Part shown: piece after piece, positions 56,844 through 60,920 of the stretch
Position numbering within the stretch: position 1 is the first letter of the stretch
How the letters are laid out: each line of letters opens with the position of its first letter
NCBI GenBank assembly: GCA_001917855.1
Contig: MNEU01000086.1
Location: forward strand, 1-60,920
Source of the DNA: Armatimonadetes bacterium 13_1_40CM_64_14
GTDB lineage: Bacteria; Sysuimicrobiota; Sysuimicrobiia; Sysuimicrobiales; Kaftiobacteriaceae
Direction of reading: 5' to 3'
DNA length: 60,920 nucleotides
Position numbers and translations under genes: made by a program
The notes under the pieces: model-generated
Databases searched by the model: none
Seen by the model: the letters and a program-made list of their open reading frames with translations, nothing else
Told to the model about the DNA's origin: nothing

Positions 56844-57890
56844 TCACGGCGCGACCCGCTTACCAGCCTGGTCGAATAGATGCACGCGGTCTCGGCGGTA
56901 GCCGAGTCGCACCTCGGTTCCAAGCGTGGGACGCGCGGCTTGATCCGCGAGCACCTTGAAATCCATCTCGCCGAGCCGCAGCGTGACCAGCGTCTCTCGT
57001 CCGAGGGGTTCGATGACCACCACGCGTGCTGGGACCTCGCCGTCGAGTGTCGCATCCTCCGGGCGGATGCCAAGCGATCCCCCTCCCTTCAGATGCCCGC
57101 TCGGCACTGGAATGCTCAGCGTTCCCATAGTGAAGTGGCCATTCTCGAATCCGCCTTCGAGCAAATTCATCGGCGGGTGACCCACGAAGCGTGCCACGAA
57201 CACATTGGCCGGCCGCAGGTAAAGATCATCGGTCGTCGCCAGTTGCTGCAACTTGCCCATAGAAAAGACCGCGATTCGGTCGGCCATCGCCAGGGCTTCG
57301 GCTTGGTCGTGCGTCACCAGGATACTGGTCACACCGATCTGCTGTTGCAGGCGCCGGATCTCGCCCCGGGCTTGCAGCCGGATCTGCGCGTCAAGGTTCG
57401 AGAGCGGCTCATCTAACAGCAGCACCTGCGGTTCCTTGATCAGCGCGCGCGCTAGCGCCGCCCGCTGCTGCTGCCCGCCGGAGACCTGCGCCGGCCGCCG
57501 GTCGAGGACATGACCGATGCCCAGCAGGTCGGCAGCCTGCCGCACCTTCTGCTCGATCTCGGCCTGGGGCGTCCGCTTGAGCCGCAACGGGAAGGCAATG
57601 TTTTCGAAGAGGATGAGGTGCGGGTAGAGCGCGTACGATTGGAAGACCATCCCCACGTCGCGATCGCGAGGGTGCAGATGGTCGACGCGGCGTTCGTTAA
57701 AGTAGATCTGACCCGCAGTGGACTGATAGATGCCAGCGATCATCAGCAGCGTCGTAGTCTTCCCGCATCCGGAGGGACCGAGGAAGGCGACCATTTCGCC
57801 CGCGCGGATGTCCAGATCCAGTGCCTGGAGCGCCACGACCTTGCCGAAATGCTTCGTCAGTCCTTCCAGGCGGACGCTGATACCCTTCAT
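56844..57890 (-). CDS. carbohydrate ABC transporter ATPase (MalK-like)
   Basis: GPSGCGKT, VFQSYALYPH, SGGQQQR, DEPLSNLD, VTHDQ. Confidence 0.95.
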   Translation of the reverse strand: MKGISVRLEGLTKHFGKVVALQALDLDIRAGEMVAFLGPSGCGKTTTLLMIAGIYQSTAGQIYFNERRVDHLHPRDRDVGMVFQSYALYPHLILFENIAFPLRLKRTPQAEIEQKVRQAADLLGIGHVLDRRPAQVSGGQQQRAALARALIKEPQVLLLDEPLSNLDAQIRLQARGEIRRLQQQIGVTSILVTHDQAEALAMADRIAVFSMGKLQQLATTDDLYLRPANVFVARFVGHPPMNLLEGGFENGHFTMGTLSIPVPSGHLKGGGSLGIRPEDATLDGEVPARVVVIEPLGRETLVTLRLGEMDFKVLADQAARPTLGTEVRLGYRRDRVHLFDQAGKRVAP

Positions 57891-58711
57891 CCTTTGACGC
57901 CCCCGGAATAGACGTTCAGTAGGTATCGCTGCCCCAGCAAGAACAGTACGATCACTGGCAGCGCGTAGAACAGACCGACCGCTGCCGCCACCCGATAGTC
58001 GGTGAATACTTCGCCGATGAAACTCTGCAGGTAAAGCGCCATCGTCCAGCTCCGCGTCGAGACGATGAGCGTGAACGGCAGGATGAACTCCCCCCACGCC
58101 GAGAGTAGCGAAAAGGTTCCCAATGCCAGGACCCCTGGACGCACCAGCGGCAGTGCGATCTTCCAGAACAAGGTCCAGCGGGACATACCGTCAACTAGCG
58201 CGGCCATCTCCATCTCCCACGAGAGGGAGTCGAAGAACCCTTTCATCAGCCAGATACCTAACGGCAGGTCCAGCGACGCTTTGACGAGGATCACGCCAGT
58301 CAAGGTGTCAAACAGCCCCAGCAGCCGTAGGATGTAGAAAATAGCGATGATGAGGCTGACGGCCGGAAACGCATGGAGCATGAGCACCAGTCCCAGATAC
58401 ATGGATCGGCCGGGGAAGGAGAGTCGCGAGATGGCATAAGCTGCCATGGAGGCGACCGTCACGACGACGACTGACACCACGACCGAGAACACCATTGAGT
58501 TGAGCAGGGGAACATGGATCGGTGGCCGATTGCCGATCGATTCCCAGAGGAAGCGCCATCTCTTCAGGGCGAGCGGTCCCGTCGGCACCAGGCCGTGGAC
58601 CTCGTCAAATGAACCAGTCAGGAAGAGCCAGACGATGCCGGCGATGACCGGCAGGCTGAGCGCGGCTACCACAAGGAAGAGGAGCCGCCAGCGGGGTGGG
58701 AGCAGGGGCAT
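57887..58711 (-). CDS. carbohydrate ABC permease (MalG-like)
   Basis: TM helices, EMAALVDG EAA loop. Confidence 0.93.
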   Translation of the reverse strand: MPLLPPRWRLLFLVVAALSLPVIAGIVWLFLTGSFDEVHGLVPTGPLALKRWRFLWESIGNRPPIHVPLLNSMVFSVVVSVVVVTVASMAAYAISRLSFPGRSMYLGLVLMLHAFPAVSLIIAIFYILRLLGLFDTLTGVILVKASLDLPLGIWLMKGFFDSLSWEMEMAALVDGMSRWTLFWKIALPLVRPGVLALGTFSLLSAWGEFILPFTLIVSTRSWTMALYLQSFIGEVFTDYRVAAAVGLFYALPVIVLFLLGQRYLLNVYSGGVKG

Positions 58712-59604
58712 CAGTTGATCTCCACTTTGGGCTCGCCGACCAGCGCCCTGAAGTTGAAGATGCGCAGGTAGAACAACGACACCGCGATGCCGATGACGAC
58801 GAGCACGGCGGCCATCGCGGCTCCCAGGCCGAACTGCACGTTACCGAAGTAATTGGAAAGCGCCGATTGGTAGGCGTGGAGCGACCACACCGTGGTCGTG
58901 TAGAACCCCGGCCCCCCGTTCGTCAGTAGCAGGATGTACTCAAAGGATGTCAGCAGTGAGAGGGTTTGATAGGCGGTCACGAACAAGATGGGCCAGCGGA
59001 GCAGCGGCAACACGACGCGGCGCACGGTTTGGCCCGTGGTCGCGCCATCGACGGCTGCGGCGAAAAACAAGTCCTGAGGGATCGCGCGGATGGCCGAGGT
59101 GAAGAGCAGCATCCCAAAGGAGGCGCCGACCAAGCCGTTGGCCAGGACGATCACGTTCCAGGGCTGCGCGGTAATCCAGTTCCTGGATGTACCCAACAGG
59201 TCACTGATCAGCCCGTAAGGCGCCTCGCGGGAGAGCCCCTGCCAGATCAAGACATAGACAACCGGCGGCAGGATGCGGGGTAACAGCCACACGGCTCGGA
59301 TCTGATTCCCGTAGCGCTCGCGCACCGAGGAGGTCAGCAAGGCCAGCAGCAGGCCCATCCCGACGTTGAAGAGTAGGGTGAAACCCACATAGTGAGCCGT
59401 GTTGAGGAGGATCCTGCCGATGAACGGGTCTCGAAGGAGGGAGTAGTAATTCCCCAGTCCGATCCAGCTGGGATGCCGGAACGTGATCGTGGAGATATCG
59501 GTCAGAGAGAGGTACAGTGTCGTCACTGCCGGCGCCACGAAGAAGAGCACAATCAGCAAGGTGGCCGGTAGCAGAAAAACCAGCGGCGCCGAGTACCTCC
59601 TCAC
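58711..59604 (-). CDS. carbohydrate ABC permease (MalF-like)
   Basis: GLGNY, AAAVDGA, LTNGGPG. Confidence 0.93.
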   Translation of the reverse strand: MRRYSAPLVFLLPATLLIVLFFVAPAVTTLYLSLTDISTITFRHPSWIGLGNYYSLLRDPFIGRILLNTAHYVGFTLLFNVGMGLLLALLTSSVRERYGNQIRAVWLLPRILPPVVYVLIWQGLSREAPYGLISDLLGTSRNWITAQPWNVIVLANGLVGASFGMLLFTSAIRAIPQDLFFAAAVDGATTGQTVRRVVLPLLRWPILFVTAYQTLSLLTSFEYILLLTNGGPGFYTTTVWSLHAYQSALSNYFGNVQFGLGAAMAAVLVVIGIAVSLFYLRIFNFRALVGEPKVEIN

Positions 59605-59650
59605 GCGACCTCTTTCCCCCGTTGCGGCTCGCTGCTCGACAATCGTGCCG

Positions 59651-60920
59651 CTATTCGATGATCACCTGATCACCCAATGCCCGCTGCATCTCTCCGGCGA
59701 CCACATCGACCGCCTGCTCAGGTGTCACGCTGCCCGACTCAACCGCGGACACGCCCCGGAAGAAGGCGTCCTGCCACTTGGGGAGGTCCGGGTGCGCCGG
59801 CTGGAAGGTCGTGTAGTTGAGGAGGTAGCTGACCTCCTTCAGGAAGCGGTTATTGACCAGCGCCGCGGTGCGCGTCAGGACCGGCAGATGGGCGCTGCCT
59901 ACTGCATGCTTGGCGTCCAGGTCAGGCGCCATGGTGTAGGCCAGCAGGCGCATGGCCAGTTCCTTGTTCTTTGAAGCCGCCGACACCATGTAGGCCTGCG
60001 GGTTCGACAGGGTGACCGGCTTGCCGCCTTTCACGTACGAGGGATGGGGCGCGTAGCCGAAATGGTCGAAGAGCCAGGCCTCACCACCCTTCGAGGCGAC
60101 CCACTGCAACTCCCACTCGGCCCAGTTCCATGTCCCGCCGGACCAGAACAAGACCTTCCCGTCGCCGTCGGTGATGGGCTGGTGGAAACGGTTCCAATCG
60201 CTGTTGATTCGGTCTTTCTCGATGTCCCCCGCGTCAACGCCGGCCCGCAGCCAGCGATAGTAGCGCAGCGCGGCGGCCTTGTTGAAGACCAGCTTGCCGG
60301 TCTGGGGATCGTAGTCGCGTCCGCCGAACGAACGGTACCACTGCATGAAGTCCGGACCATTGAACGGTCGGTGATAGTAACCTTTGCCGGGCTCGATGAC
60401 GTTCTTCTGCCTCGCGTCCTTGGCCACCGCCATTACGTCATCCCAGGTGAAGTCACCGCTCGTGATTCGCTTGGGGAGATCCACGATCTGTTGATCGGTC
60501 CATCCCAGCTTCTTGAGCAGGACCTTGTTGAAGTACAGCGGCCGGGCCTCTGTGTCTTGCGGGATGCCCCAGGTATTGCCTTTGTACTTCACGGAGGTCC
60601 ACAGCGCTGGCACAACGCCGCCGAACTGCTTGTACTGTGGGATGTACCCATCCAGCGGCGTGAGAAATCCCGCAGCCGACCAGGTGGTGCTCAGGGCGGC
60701 CGATGCCTGGACGATATCCGGAGCGTCGCCGCTCTGAAACGCCAGAAGCACGCGCCGCAGGAACTGATCCCAGTTTGTGGTGTCAAACGAGCCTTCCACC
60801 TTGATCTGGTAGTCGACGCCCTCACGCTTGAGGTCGGCATTGAACCGTTCCCCCGCCGCCTGCAGGTTGCTGAACCGCGTGACCGACGGGGCGTCCGGCC
60901 CGATCGTCCAGGCCTTGATC
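59651..60920 (-). CDS. carbohydrate ABC substrate-binding protein (N-terminus beyond the window)
   Basis: Frame open to the window edge (..IKAWTIGPDAPSVTRF..); APDI, WGIPQDTE..LYFNK. Confidence 0.9.
   Translation of the reverse strand, partial: IKAWTIGPDAPSVTRFSNLQAAGERFNADLKREGVDYQIKVEGSFDTTNWDQFLRRVLLAFQSGDAPDIVQASAALSTTWSAAGFLTPLDGYIPQYKQFGGVVPALWTSVKYKGNTWGIPQDTEARPLYFNKVLLKKLGWTDQQIVDLPKRITSGDFTWDDVMAVAKDARQKNVIEPGKGYYHRPFNGPDFMQWYRSFGGRDYDPQTGKLVFNKAAALRYYRWLRAGVDAGDIEKDRINSDWNRFHQPITDGDGKVLFWSGGTWNWAEWELQWVASKGGEAWLFDHFGYAPHPSYVKGGKPVTLSNPQAYMVSAASKNKELAMRLLAYTMAPDLDAKHAVGSAHLPVLTRTAALVNNRFLKEVSYLLNYTTFQPAHPDLPKWQDAFFRGVSAVESGSVTPEQAVDVVAGEMQRALGDQVIIE

Noticed and set aside
57891-58097. 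N-terminal extension of the ABC ATPase ORF
   Set aside because: Overlaps the permease gene; the ATGA-coupled start at 57890 fits MalK-like proteins.
1-60920. CRISPR array, rRNA genes, or selenoprotein genes (UGA plus SECIS)
   Set aside because: No regularly spaced repeats, no rRNA-like sequence, and no recognisable gene interrupted by in-frame TGA was seen by eye; a computational scan would be needed to exclude them fully.

Overview
High-GC bacterial chromosomal window. The Gram-positive-type SOS box and the gene order suggest a Terrabacteria lineage, possibly Armatimonadota/CSP1-3-like; this is inference only. Left to right: (1) an IS256-family element running off the left edge; (2) a TPP riboswitch with thiT-thiN; (3) housekeeping genes hslO, rpmB, recG-rsmD-coaD, yceD-rpmF-plsX-fabHDG-acpP-fabF-rnc, a HIT hydrolase, a CBS-GGDEF protein and a CorC/hemolysin-family gene; (4) a paaA-(DinB)-paaBCD cluster; (5) lexA with an SOS box; (6) an apparently autoregulated RHH/DUF5678-like plus retropepsin-protease gene pair; (7) mutS-mutL-miaA-dapL-hflX and a membrane diguanylate cyclase; (8) a ~21 kb conjugative-type island at about 35050-56478, next to the 3' end of tRNA-Sec; (9) a carbohydrate ABC transporter running off the right edge. 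The island is the most unusual part. It carries a minimal VirB2/3/4/5/6/10-like set, two coupling ATPases, three Replic_Relax (MOBC-like) proteins, ssb, radC, a membrane-anchored single-ring ClpB-like ATPase, a primase, vapBC and two structured non-coding elements. I could not find an integrase, an HUH relaxase or an att duplication. All family assignments come from motif recognition by eye; no database searches were run.
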